Positions 1 through 9,357 of a stretch of 46,062 nt of DNA are shown here, in pieces. The notes beneath the pieces were generated by a model. The model was given only the letters and a program-made list of their open reading frames with translations. It was not told the DNA's origin and made no database searches. This stretch comes from an uncultured virus (IMG/VR IMGVR_UViG_3300025034_000006) (lineage: Duplodnaviria; Heunggongvirae; Uroviricota; Caudoviricetes), in IMG/VR virus record IMGVR_UViG_3300025034_000006; one strand, given 5' to 3'. The stretch's first letter is position 1. Each line of letters opens with the position of its first letter. The translations under genes and the position numbers were made by a program.

Positions 1-97
1 CTAAGTTGTTAACCATCAAAGTGGAAAAACTACTTGACCGAATCACTTGTGCCGCCTAGAAACGAATCACCGCAATCAAGCGGTTGGAGACTTGACC

Positions 98-520
98 ATG
101 CCTAAGTGGCAATACAGTGGCGACCTTGATCTGCGAGAGGGCGGATTCTTCTGGCTGGACAACGGCGATGAAGACTGGGTGGCAGCCGTAAGCGTGACCC
201 CTTGCAGCAGCGCAAGCGGGCCTGACAATCTGTTCTATATCGAGTCGGGCTCGATCTACTTTGCCCGCGATAAGTATGCTGACTATCTGTCAGTGATCGG
301 CATGGAACCGGAAGACGCGACTCGCGAAGACGTGATCTACGCCGCGCACGCCTATGCTGGAATCGAGCGGGACCACGAAACGGTCGTCCGAATTGGTAAG
401 GACGAAAGAGCGTCGGACCCTTGGCGGTGGAACGATTCGGGGTGGAACCCGGAACCCGATGTAGTGCTGCGCGGTAATGCGAGCCTGCAACGTTGGGTTG
501 AACGCGAGTATCTGTCATGA
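98..520 (+). CDS. Hypothetical acidic early protein A (140 aa)
   Basis: GGAGA RBS before ATG 98, downstream of promoter repeat. Confidence 0.8.
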   Translation: MPKWQYSGDLDLREGGFFWLDNGDEDWVAAVSVTPCSSASGPDNLFYIESGSIYFARDKYADYLSVIGMEPEDATREDVIYAAHAYAGIERDHETVVRIGKDERASDPWRWNDSGWNPEPDVVLRGNASLQRWVEREYLS

Positions 521-765
521 ACGCCGATGCAATCGAAGCGGAAGCCGCCGCAATCGCCCAAGCCGTTGCCGAGCGTAAGGCCCGGCCCTATCAGGCCGAT
601 GACAAGGCCCTAGTGGCGGCCTACCTTGCCGCCTCTGGTGTCGCGGGCTCACGCTCTTGGGAGATAACCCCGGAAGCGTTGGACTTGCCCTACCCTGTGT
701 GGGCGGCCATCCGGGCGGCCTACTTCGAAGCCGCGTGCAAGTGGAAGCGGGAGTCCGGCGCATAG
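517..765 (+). CDS. Hypothetical early protein (82 aa)
   Basis: ATGA overlap with upstream gene, followed by hairpin. Confidence 0.75.
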   Translation: MNADAIEAEAAAIAQAVAERKARPYQADDKALVAAYLAASGVAGSRSWEITPEALDLPYPVWAAIRAAYFEAACKWKRESGA

Positions 766-887
766 CCGGGCTCTTTCCCGGTAACCATCCGTTAACCTTA
801 ACAAGTCGTTACCACTAAGTGGAAAAAGTGCTTGACCGAATCGCTTGCGTCACTTAGAAACGAATCAGTTGAAACGGAGACAGACCA

Positions 888-1391
888 ATGCCTGAATTTC
901 AAATGGATAAAGAGGGAACCGTCAATGGGATGGTTTTCGCCGATCTCTCCATGATCTTTCAGGGTTACGTGGAAGCGATGCTTTTCACGGAAAACTCGCC
1001 CGGCAATAGCATGGTCGATTGGCTGGATGATGAAGTGCAGGCAGGCTTGCGGGAAGGCACCATTGACGGCTGCATTCCGGAAGATGCGGGCTGGGGTGAT
1101 ATTCACCCCGAATCGGCTGAGCGGATGCAACTCGATTGCCTTAACTTCGAAGTGCAAGCCCGCGATCTACTGGCGCAAGCCTATGAGCGCGACTATGACG
1201 CGGCGCAAGCGGGCCGGGATTTCTGGTTCACTCGCAACGGTCACGGCGTCGGCTTTTGGGACCGCAAGGAACTGGAAGCGGACGGGCTGGGGGATGCTCT
1301 CACCACCATCGCCGAGTCGTTCGGGCAAGTGTATGTCGATTTCATCGCAGACCCTGAAAGCCCGACCGGTTACGGTTACGTCCACGTCTGA
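888..1391 (+). CDS. Acidic phage hypothetical protein B (motif GRDFWFTRNGHGVGFWDR)
   Basis: RBS, promoter and terminator; motif resembles a recurrent phage hypothetical family (recalled). Confidence 0.85.
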   Translation: MPEFQMDKEGTVNGMVFADLSMIFQGYVEAMLFTENSPGNSMVDWLDDEVQAGLREGTIDGCIPEDAGWGDIHPESAERMQLDCLNFEVQARDLLAQAYERDYDAAQAGRDFWFTRNGHGVGFWDRKELEADGLGDALTTIAESFGQVYVDFIADPESPTGYGYVHV

Positions 1392-1546
1392 GAGGGGAGG
1401 GGCCTTGCGCCCCTCTCTTTTTGTCCGGTAACCTATCGTTAAGGTTAACGTGCCGGCCGATCTTCTTAACCATCAAAGTGGAAAAAGTGCTTGACCGAAT
1501 CACTTGGGTCACCTAGAAACGAATCACTTGAAACGGAGACAAGACC

Positions 1547-2245
1547 ATGAAACTTTTCCCTGATGCCGCCGCCCTCGAATCATCCGGCTATCTTTTCCGG
1601 ATCACTGACAACGGCGGCGAAACCTTTGACAGAATCACCGTCACGTTTTGCGATGGCGACGCGCTCGTTTGCACGCTCGGGACCATTTGCGCCCACGTTG
1701 AACGGGTTGACGTTCAAGTTGACGCAGAAGCCGTCGAATCCGGCGAGGCGCGGGACTTGCGCTGGATTGATCTGGACCCCGGCCTGCAATCGCGCATCCT
1801 TGCCGATCTGAATAACGGCTTTGCGGATTATATCGAAGCCGCGCCCGCAGCCGCGACTCGGGACGAAGCCCGCGACTGGGAAGGGCTATGGGATCACTAC
1901 AGTGATAAACGTTCGCCGATTTATAAGTTGGGGGATTATTATCGCATCCGCGATGATGAGCGCGACAATGAAAACGACGATGACGATGACGCCTTTGAGA
2001 CGCCAGCATTCGCTACGTTCCGGGACGCCTTATTCTACATGTTGCCAACCGACTATGACTTGAGCGGCCCGGAATATCACACCACGGTCGATCTCTGGGA
2101 TACCGAAGGGGGACCGGCTGAACCTTGGGAAAAGGAACAGGATTGCGGTCAATGCGAAGGCACCGGCACAATCGAAGGCGGACCGGGCGGTGATGGGGAG
2201 GATGAGGAATGCCCCGTCTGCGATGGGAAGGGCAAGCAGGGATAA
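1547..2245 (+). CDS. Very acidic protein C with C-terminal DnaJ-type zinc finger
   Basis: CGQCEGTG...CPVCDGKG (CxxCxGxG twice); RBS; terminator. Confidence 0.85.
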   Translation: MKLFPDAAALESSGYLFRITDNGGETFDRITVTFCDGDALVCTLGTICAHVERVDVQVDAEAVESGEARDLRWIDLDPGLQSRILADLNNGFADYIEAAPAAATRDEARDWEGLWDHYSDKRSPIYKLGDYYRIRDDERDNENDDDDDAFETPAFATFRDALFYMLPTDYDLSGPEYHTTVDLWDTEGGPAEPWEKEQDCGQCEGTGTIEGGPGGDGEDEECPVCDGKGKQG

Positions 2246-2404
2246 ACTAGGCGGGCTCCGGCCCGCCTCTTTTCCCGGTAACCCGGCGTTAACCTTAACA
2301 AATCGGACTAAGTTGTTAACCATCAAAGTGGAAAAACTACTTGACCGAATCACTTGTGCCGCCTAGAAACGAATCACCGCAATCAAGCGGTTGGAGACTT
2401 GACC

Positions 2405-2827
2405 ATGCCTAAGTGGCAATACAGTGGCGACCTTGATCTGCGAGAGGGCGGATTCTTCTGGCTGGACAACGGCGATGAAGACTGGGTGGCAGCCGTAAGC
2501 GTGACCCCTTGCAGCAGCGCAAGCGGGCCTGACAATCTGTTCTATATCGAGTCGGGCTCGATCTACTTTGCCCGCGATAAGTATGCTGACTATCTGTCAG
2601 TGATCGGCATGGAACCGGAAGACGCGACTCGCGAAGACGTGATCTACGCCGCGCACGCCTATGCTGGAATCGAGCGGGACCACGAAACGGTCGTCCGAAT
2701 TGGTAAGGACGAAAGAGCGTCGGACCCTTGGCGGTGGAACGATTCGGGGTGGAACCCGGAACCCGATGTAGTGCTGCGCGGTAATGCGAGCCTGCAACGT
2801 TGGGTTGAACGCGAGTATCTGTCATGA
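2405..2827 (+). CDS. Second identical copy of protein A
   Basis: Identical to 98-520. Confidence 0.8.
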   Translation: MPKWQYSGDLDLREGGFFWLDNGDEDWVAAVSVTPCSSASGPDNLFYIESGSIYFARDKYADYLSVIGMEPEDATREDVIYAAHAYAGIERDHETVVRIGKDERASDPWRWNDSGWNPEPDVVLRGNASLQRWVEREYLS

Positions 2828-3072
2828 ACGCCGATGCAATCGAAGCGGAAGCCGCCGCAATCGCCCAAGCCGTTGCCGAGCGTAAGGCCCGGCCCTATCA
2901 GGCCGATGACAAGGCCCTAGTGGCGGCCTACCTTGCCGCCTCTGGTGTCGCGGGCTCACGCTCTTGGGAGATAACCCCGGAAGCGTTGGACTTGCCCTAC
3001 CCTGTGTGGGCGGCCATCCGGGCGGCCTACTTCGAAGCCGCGTGCAAGTGGAAGCGGGAGTCCGGCGCATAG
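2824..3072 (+). CDS. Second identical copy of 82-aa protein
   Basis: Identical to 517-765. Confidence 0.75.
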   Translation: MNADAIEAEAAAIAQAVAERKARPYQADDKALVAAYLAASGVAGSRSWEITPEALDLPYPVWAAIRAAYFEAACKWKRESGA

Positions 3073-3194
3073 CCGGGCTCTTTCCCGGTAACCATCCGTT
3101 AACCTTAACAAGTCGTTACCACTAAGTGGAAAAAGTGCTTGACCGAATCGCTTGCGTCACTTAGAAACGAATCAGTTGAAACGGAGACAGACCA

Positions 3195-3698
3195 ATGCCT
3201 GAATTTCAAATGGATAAAGAGGGAACCGTCAATGGGATGGTTTTCGCCGATCTCTCCATGATCTTTCAGGGTTACGTGGAAGCGATGCTTTTCACGGAAA
3301 ACTCGCCCGGCAATAGCATGGTCGATTGGCTGGATGATGAAGTGCAGGCAGGCTTGCGGGAAGGCACCATTGACGGCTGCATTCCGGAAGATGCGGGCTG
3401 GGGTGATATTCACCCCGAATCGGCTGAGCGGATGCAACTCGATTGCCTTAACTTCGAAGTGCAAGCCCGCGATCTACTGGCGCAAGCCTATGAGCGCGAC
3501 TATGACGCGGCGCAAGCGGGCCGGGATTTCTGGTTCACTCGCAACGGTCACGGCGTCGGCTTTTGGGACCGCAAGGAACTGGAAGCGGACGGGCTGGGGG
3601 ATGCTCTCACCACCATCGCCGAGTCGTTCGGGCAAGTGTATGTCGATTTCATCGCAGACCCTGAAAGCCCGACCGGTTACGGTTACGTCCACGTCTGA
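3195..3698 (+). CDS. Second identical copy of protein B
   Basis: Identical to 888-1391. Confidence 0.85.
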   Translation: MPEFQMDKEGTVNGMVFADLSMIFQGYVEAMLFTENSPGNSMVDWLDDEVQAGLREGTIDGCIPEDAGWGDIHPESAERMQLDCLNFEVQARDLLAQAYERDYDAAQAGRDFWFTRNGHGVGFWDRKELEADGLGDALTTIAESFGQVYVDFIADPESPTGYGYVHV

Positions 3699-3852
3699 GA
3701 GGGGAGGGGCCTTGCGCCCCTCTCTTTTTGTCCGGTAACCTATCGTTAAGGTTAACGTGCCGGCCGATCTTCTTAACCATCAAAGTGGAAAAAGTGCTTG
3801 ACCGAATCACTTGGGTCACCTAGAAACGAATCAGTTGAAACGGAGACAGACC

Positions 3853-4092
3853 ATGCAAACAGCTATTGAACGCCTCAAGGAAGCCGCCAAGGACTCATTC
3901 ATGAAGCCGCAATCCTACATGGGTGCGGACATTCAGGAAGCGATTATGGAAGCCGGGCTCGATCTGGAAGACGACAAGATTTATGCACGCCTCTCGGCTC
4001 CGGGCTATCTCGATTGCACTGATTGGAGCGGTCCCTTCGACACCACGGAAGAGGCCGCACAAGCCTTGCTGGACCTCTACTTCGAAGATTGA
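3853..4092 (+). CDS. Acidic hypothetical protein D (79 aa; YARLSAPGYLDCTDWSGPF)
   Basis: GGAGACAGACC-ATG; terminator after stop. Confidence 0.85.
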   Translation: MQTAIERLKEAAKDSFMKPQSYMGADIQEAIMEAGLDLEDDKIYARLSAPGYLDCTDWSGPFDTTEEAAQALLDLYFED

Positions 4093-4251
4093 GAGTAGGG
4101 GCTTCGGCCCCTCTCTTTTTGCCCGGTAACCAGCCGTTAACCTTAACAGCGTGGTAACTAAGTGGAAAAACTTCTGGACGAATTGGCTTGCGAATCACCT
4201 ACGACTCGCCTATCAAGAGTTCAGCGCAATTCCGCGCTTGGAGACGACCAA

Positions 4252-4701
4252 ATGTCATCACCTTTCCTACCTTCGGTGCAAGAGCAACTACAAGCTCGCC
4301 GCGACGAATCGGACGACGGCTTCGCCTGCGTTCATATCGATACCTGTCTTTCATCCTTTCTGAATGACCACCACAATCGCGATGGCGAATTGCTGCTGGG
4401 CGCAATCGTCTTCGGCGATACTTCCATCGGTGAAGTCAAGAACGAACTGCTGAGCGAGTTCGACTCGGTGGCTTACGATCTGGCTGGTGAGCGTGCTGGC
4501 TATGACCACGACAAGGCTCGGAAAGCGATCCTGCGTGCGTTTGTGGACGTTCATCCCATGGAACTGGACCGGAAAGCTTTCGATCCTTCGCTGGATTTCC
4601 GCGACGAAGAGGACGACGGCTTCGGCTGCGAGGAATACTGTCAAGCGTGGTTCCTCATTACGTGGAACGTTCCGGAAGAGGAGGACGAGACATCGGATTG
4701 A
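4252..4701 (+). CDS. Acidic hypothetical protein (149 aa)
   Basis: GGAGA RBS before ATG 4252. Confidence 0.8.
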   Translation: MSSPFLPSVQEQLQARRDESDDGFACVHIDTCLSSFLNDHHNRDGELLLGAIVFGDTSIGEVKNELLSEFDSVAYDLAGERAGYDHDKARKAILRAFVDVHPMELDRKAFDPSLDFRDEEDDGFGCEEYCQAWFLITWNVPEEEDETSD

Positions 4702-4790
4702 TCGACGCACTCGCCCGCCTAGGTGTGGGCGTCCTCTTCCTTATCCTTGCAACTGGGCTGGCCGCGTGCCAGCCCCTTTTCTTTTGGTAA
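4698..4790 (+). CDS. Putative micro-lipoprotein MIDALARLGVGVLFLILATGLAACQPLFFW
   Basis: TTG overlapping upstream TGA; hydrophobic signal and lipobox LAAC; paralogous to 6543-6656. Confidence 0.55.
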   Translation: MIDALARLGVGVLFLILATGLAACQPLFFW

Positions 4791-4892
4791 CCATTCGTTA
4801 AGGTTAACAACAAGTGGAGTTCGGTGGAAAAAGTTCTTGACCAAATCGCTTGCACCGCCTAGAAACGAATCAGTTGAAACGGAGACAGACCA

Positions 4893-5165
4893 ATGATCAA
4901 AGCAGCAGCAGATTTCAGCCACATCCGCCCGGACGAAGTAGCTGAGTGTTGGGATGGTGTTGACGCCGTTCCCGGCCTTTACAGCGCCCTTTGGGGTTGT
5001 GTGAACGATTACAAGGCCCCGTCGCCGGAAGTATCGGAAGAGCCCTGCCACGGTATGGATTCGGTCGCTGACTTCTGGGATCGGTTCTCGGATGATCACA
5101 AAGAGGCGCTTAACGCCCTCTGCGAACGGCACGCTGAGTTCTGGACCGGCCACGAGGAGTATTGA
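4893..5165 (+). CDS. Acidic hypothetical protein (90 aa)
   Basis: Promoter repeat and RBS. Confidence 0.8.
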   Translation: MIKAAADFSHIRPDEVAECWDGVDAVPGLYSALWGCVNDYKAPSPEVSEEPCHGMDSVADFWDRFSDDHKEALNALCERHAEFWTGHEEY

Positions 5166-5167
5166 AC

Positions 5168-5413
5168 ATGAAGCTATTTTTCGTTGCTCACTTCAACGGC
5201 GAAAACTACGACTTGTTCGTGGTTGCCAACACGGTGGCGGAAGTGACTCAAGTCTGGCGAGACCATTACGAAATGCCGGACGAAACGCCCGAAATGATCT
5301 TCAAGGTAGCTGGCGCGAGCCCGGTCGGATCACGGGAAGAGCCCCATGCCTTCGAATGGCACGGGGTCAATCTCCCACGGGTTGGCGGCTCTCGACCGGC
5401 CAACCCGCGCTGA
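5168..5413 (+). CDS. Hypothetical protein (81 aa)
   Basis: GAGGAG RBS within upstream gene end; terminator follows. Confidence 0.75.
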   Translation: MKLFFVAHFNGENYDLFVVANTVAEVTQVWRDHYEMPDETPEMIFKVAGASPVGSREEPHAFEWHGVNLPRVGGSRPANPR

Positions 5414-5569
5414 GGGGAGGGGCTTTGGCCCCTCTCTTTTTGTCTGTAAAAATTCGTTAAGGTTAACAGCCCGATAACCACTGGAAAAATAAATGGAGAA
5501 AGTGCTTGCGTGAATCGAATCACCGGCCTATTACCGAATCACCGGCACGGAGCCGGAAGGAGAAAGACC

Positions 5570-6016
5570 ATGCAAGACGCCTCACTTTTCAAGCGCCGCG
5601 AAACGACCTTCAACGGCGGCGAATCGACCACTGGGGTTTACATCCCCAAGCAGACCGTCACGATCGGGCGGTGTGTTGATGAAAACGAAGACATCTGGAC
5701 CGTCACAGACGTGAACGGCAAGACCCACCGGGTTGATGGATGCGAGTTGCACCCGCACCCGGAATCCGCGCTGACCAATGTCGAGTTCATGAATCTGGTC
5801 ATGACGTGGTGCAAGACCCCGTTGATGCACGCCTTCATCTTTCAGGCGCTGGATCAATACGCCAAGGCTGTCGTCAAGGCAGACGTGGCGACGCTCGAAA
5901 CCCCGTTCATCGCTGGGGCGGCGTGGCAGGAAACGGCCCGTGAATATATGGGCTTCGCTGTCGCCCGTGAATACGTGGAGAAAGAGCGCCACAAGGAATT
6001 GACTCCGGCCGATTGA
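5570..6016 (+). CDS. Hypothetical protein (148 aa)
   Basis: AAGGAGA RBS before ATG 5570. Confidence 0.8.
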   Translation: MQDASLFKRRETTFNGGESTTGVYIPKQTVTIGRCVDENEDIWTVTDVNGKTHRVDGCELHPHPESALTNVEFMNLVMTWCKTPLMHAFIFQALDQYAKAVVKADVATLETPFIAGAAWQETAREYMGFAVAREYVEKERHKELTPAD

Positions 6017-6186
6017 GCCTTCGGGCTCTCGGCAGAGGGGCAGGGTTTGGTCGCCCTGCCCCTCACCTTTTTCTGGTAGGGACCCGTTAACCTTAACAAA
6101 TAGGGGTGGGTTGTTAATCGTGGAAAAAGTGCTTGACCGAATCAGTGGATAATGGCACCAACGAATCACCACAAAGGAGACAGACC

Positions 6187-6543
6187 ATGCGAATCACTTA
6201 CGAAATTGTGACCCCGGAAAGCGCCGAACAAGGCGACGCCGAAGAACGGGGATTCGTCCTTCCGGCTCGTTTCTTCCATATGAAGGTATCAATCGAACAG
6301 GTCGATGAACTGGATGACTCAGACTTGGAGTGGAGCTTGCGGGACGCTGAACAATACCTAGGCCGTAATGGCATGGAGGATTCCGGTCGCTGGTTTTCCA
6401 CAATTGACCCGGACCGCGATTATCAAACAGGTGCTGAAACCTATGAATCGCTGCACCCGTCGGACAACATCACACCGGCAAGCTACGAACGCCTTGCGCG
6501 TATCTTTTGCTGGGATCGCGACCCTCGACAGTTGCGAAGCTGA
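6187..6543 (+). CDS. Acidic hypothetical protein (118 aa; YEIVTPESAEQGDAEERGF)
   Basis: AAGGAGA RBS before ATG 6187. Confidence 0.85.
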   Translation: MRITYEIVTPESAEQGDAEERGFVLPARFFHMKVSIEQVDELDDSDLEWSLRDAEQYLGRNGMEDSGRWFSTIDPDRDYQTGAETYESLHPSDNITPASYERLARIFCWDRDPRQLRS

Positions 6544-6656
6544 TGGGCTGCCTTGACGCCGTGGCCCGGCTGCTGCTGGGTGTGTTCTTACTGATCATCG
6601 CCGCCGGGGTTGCATCATGCACCCCGGCATTTTTCTTTCTGGTAACGGTTCGTTAA
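6543..6656 (+). CDS. Putative micro-lipoprotein MGCLDAVARLLLGVFLLIIAAGVASCTPAFFFLVTVR
   Basis: TGATG coupling; hydrophobic signal and lipobox-like VASC; paralogous to 4698-4790. Confidence 0.55.
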   Translation: MGCLDAVARLLLGVFLLIIAAGVASCTPAFFFLVTVR

Positions 6657-6764
6657 CCTTAACAGAAGTGTTTCACTTGTTAACCAACTTTGAAGTGGAA
6701 AAAGTGCTTGACCGAAACAGCGAATCACCCTAGACCGGGATCACCAACAACGGAGACAAACCAA

Positions 6765-7163
6765 ATGAGCGAACACGCAATCAGCAATGCACGGGGCTGG
6801 CTCTCGACAATCGTCGGGGCGATGGCCGCGCTGGAAGCCCTGAACGACGGAGCCGAATCGGCTGAGTTCGACGGGGAGACCTTCACCGACCCGGACGACG
6901 TGCAGAACCGGATTCAGGAAATGCCGCTTTCCGTGGAAGTGCGCGACGGATGGCGGGCACCGGGCGGCGAATCGGAGCCGGAAGAGTTCGCGATTCTGCT
7001 CTCGACCGGCGGACCGGCCTTGCGGGTATATGGTGACATCGGCGGCGAACCTTTCTTGCAGTGGCAGGACTGGGGCACGCCGTGGACCACCTACCATGAC
7101 ACCACCGAACAGGAAGACGAGGCCCTGCAAGCCTTTGTCGGAATGTTCTATCTCGGCGAATAA
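6765..7163 (+). CDS. Very acidic hypothetical protein (132 aa; ILLSTGGPALR...WQDWGTPW)
   Basis: RBS, promoter, terminator. Confidence 0.85.
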   Translation: MSEHAISNARGWLSTIVGAMAALEALNDGAESAEFDGETFTDPDDVQNRIQEMPLSVEVRDGWRAPGGESEPEEFAILLSTGGPALRVYGDIGGEPFLQWQDWGTPWTTYHDTTEQEDEALQAFVGMFYLGE

Positions 7164-7332
7164 GGAAAGGCGGGGCAACCCGCCTTTTTCTTTGGGTGTA
7201 AACATTCGTTAAGGTTAACGGAATCGGTCTATCGTGTTAACCATTCTTCAAAGTGGAAAAAGTGCTTGACCGAATCGCTGGAAAATGCGAATCAGGGTTT
7301 ACCGGAAGAGACCGGAAAACAGGAGACAGACC

Positions 7333-7638
7333 ATGAAGACACTTTTTGAAATCCCGACCCGTGGCGATGACATGACCATGCCGGGCGGCATCGCGCTGCG
7401 CTACAACGAAAACCGCGAAGAGTTTGTGGTCCACAACTACAACACCGACCGGGAGACAGGCACCGAACGCAATTACTTTGGTGGCGGCTACTACTGCTCG
7501 GGCACACCGGCGGAACGTCTGAGCGGGGCCATGGCAGACCTCAGCAAGCGGGTTGCACGTCAGAGCAATTACGATCTGGGCGGCTCCATTGATGTGGAAG
7601 CTTTGACCGGACTCCCTGCCCGGCTCTACGCCATCTAA
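7333..7638 (+). CDS. Hypothetical protein (101 aa)
   Basis: AGGAGACAGACC-ATG. Confidence 0.8.
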   Translation: MKTLFEIPTRGDDMTMPGGIALRYNENREEFVVHNYNTDRETGTERNYFGGGYYCSGTPAERLSGAMADLSKRVARQSNYDLGGSIDVEALTGLPARLYAI

Positions 7639-7641
7639 TAC

Positions 7642-7727
7642 CGGGACCCGGCACCCTGAGAACAGGGGCCGGGTTTCCAAACACCGGCGGGACCCGGCCC
7701 ACTGAGAACAAGGGCCGGGTTTCCAAA
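7642..7727 (+). repeat. Two tandem 40-nt hairpin repeats (7642-7681, 7688-7727); related copies at 12681-12742
   Basis: CGGGACCCGGC..CTGAGAACA(G/A)GGGCCGGGTTTCCAAA. Confidence 0.9.
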
Positions 7728-7855
7728 TTGGTAACCAATCGTTAAGGTTAACAAATTGATGAAATGAGTTAACTATTAAAGTGGAAAAAGTGCTTGACCG
7801 AATCGCTGGGAACGGGCAAACGAATCAGGCGCACTCAAGCGCAGGAGACAGACCA

Positions 7856-8143
7856 ATGCCCAAACTTTACAATGCGGACATTAGCATCACCGCGACCGCC
7901 TATGTGATCGCTGAGAACGAAGACGACGCACGGGAAAAGATTAGCGCCCTTCAAGGGGACTACATCGAATTTTCCGACCGCCGCCAGCAAGTGGCAGACG
8001 ACCTGTTCGTGACCGGCGAAACCTATGGCCCTGATATGCCGAAACTGTCGCTGAGCCCTGCTATGACCATCAACCACAGCGCGACTCGCCCCTATGTCTG
8101 TCTGGTGCAGGAACTGACCGGCGAAGAAGAGGATGTAGGATGA
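7856..8143 (+). CDS. Acidic hypothetical protein (95 aa)
   Basis: AGGAGA RBS before ATG 7856. Confidence 0.8.
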   Translation: MPKLYNADISITATAYVIAENEDDAREKISALQGDYIEFSDRRQQVADDLFVTGETYGPDMPKLSLSPAMTINHSATRPYVCLVQELTGEEEDVG

Positions 8144-8415
8144 TGCACGAAGCCAATCAATCCCGGATCGACTGGGCAAAGAACGCCCTCGATACCTTCA
8201 CCATCGAAACCTATGGCGGACGGCCTTACTCGACGCTTGAAGCGCAATGCGCCGACTGCGAAGAAGGTGAGGGTGACGACTACACGGCCATCCAAGACCT
8301 TATCGGTGATTTGCTCCATGTGGCCCACGAAAGAGGCTGGAACACAGCCGAACTAATCCGGCGGGCGGAAGCCAACTTCGTCTATGAAGCTGCACCGGAC
8401 TATCAAGGCGACTAA
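8140..8415 (+). CDS. Acidic hypothetical protein (91 aa; IQDLIGDLLHVA)
   Basis: ATGA overlap; terminator follows. Confidence 0.8.
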   Translation: MMHEANQSRIDWAKNALDTFTIETYGGRPYSTLEAQCADCEEGEGDDYTAIQDLIGDLLHVAHERGWNTAELIRRAEANFVYEAAPDYQGD

Positions 8416-8750
8416 GGGAGAGGGGCTTCGGCCCCTCTTTGCTTTTTGGTCGTTTTGGATCACCGCCGCTTTGGATCGACGCGACTTTGGATCGCCCCGG
8501 TTTTGGGTTTGGATCATTTCGATTTTCATGATCGCCGCCATTTTGCAGGAGCCCGGACCGACCGACCGAACCAGCCGACCGAGCCCCACGCTCCCCACCA
8601 GCAGATGGTTAACGAAACTGACCAATCTGTTAAGGTTAACGCCGGCGGCCGAATCCGTTAAGGAATATGGTTAACAGATTGGCTGATTTTGTTAACCATC
8701 AAAGTGGAAATAGTGCTTGACCGAATCAGCGAATCGGTCCATACCCGAAT

Positions 8751-8837
8751 GGTAAATGGTTGGACAGCCAGATCAAGGAACTGGATTGCGATTGGGGCGA
8801 CCCTGTTTCACCTGAATGCGAATCGCATCTCTATTGA
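8751..8837 (+). pseudogene. 5'-truncated cassette gene remnant (GKWLDSQIKELDCDWGDPVSPECESHLY*) or 25-aa peptide from TTG 8760
   Basis: Full promoter upstream and terminator downstream, but no RBS or in-frame ATG. Confidence 0.45.
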
Positions 8838-9004
8838 GGGAGCGGGCTTCGGCCCGCCTCTTGGCTGGTAACGGTTTGTTAAGGTTAACGGTCGGCCGGG
8901 ATTTGTTAACCATCAAAGTGAAAAGTAAGTGGAAAAACTGCTTGACCGAATCGGCTTAGACTGGCACTAACGAATCACCGCAATCAAGCGGACGGAGAAA
9001 GACT

Positions 9005-9091
9005 ATGAGCCGACACCAGAAACGCCGCCTTGCCGCCAAGCGTGCGCGCATCGCCATTCTTTCCTCGTGGATCGCAAAGGGCCGCCGCTAA
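9005..9091 (+). CDS. Arg-rich 28-aa peptide MSRHQKRRLAAKRARIAILSSWIAKGRR
   Basis: GGAGA RBS; TAATG coupling to next gene. Confidence 0.7.
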   Translation: MSRHQKRRLAAKRARIAILSSWIAKGRR

Positions 9092-9357
9092 TGGCTGGCT
9101 TCTGGGATCGCGTGGACACCCTCGAAATGGTGGAACTCTACGCCGAGGACAACGGCCAGATTGCCAGCGAAGAGGAGCTTTCCAAGCGCTTTGACGAAGA
9201 AGTGCTTCCCGATGTGATCGCACACTACGGCGAAAACGATTCGGTTGCTATCAATGAAGAATTTAGCAACTGGTCGGACATGCTGTGTAAGGACGGCGAA
9301 ATTCACCCGGAACAATACAATTCGTATTGCTACGTTGGAAAGCTGGCAGACGACTAA
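9091..9357 (+). CDS. Very acidic hypothetical protein (88 aa; NWSDMLCKDGEI)
   Basis: Coupled start; hairpin after stop. Confidence 0.8.
   Translation: MAGFWDRVDTLEMVELYAEDNGQIASEEELSKRFDEEVLPDVIAHYGENDSVAINEEFSNWSDMLCKDGEIHPEQYNSYCYVGKLADD

Larger units (their letters stand above)
1..3833 (+). repeat. Exact direct repeat: 1-1526 recurs at 2308-3833 (period 2307 bp); may extend left of the window
   Basis: Identical ORF sets at offset 2307 (47/2354, 517/2824, 888/3195); identity ends after ...TAGAAACGAATCA (C at 1527 vs G at 3834). Confidence 0.97.
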
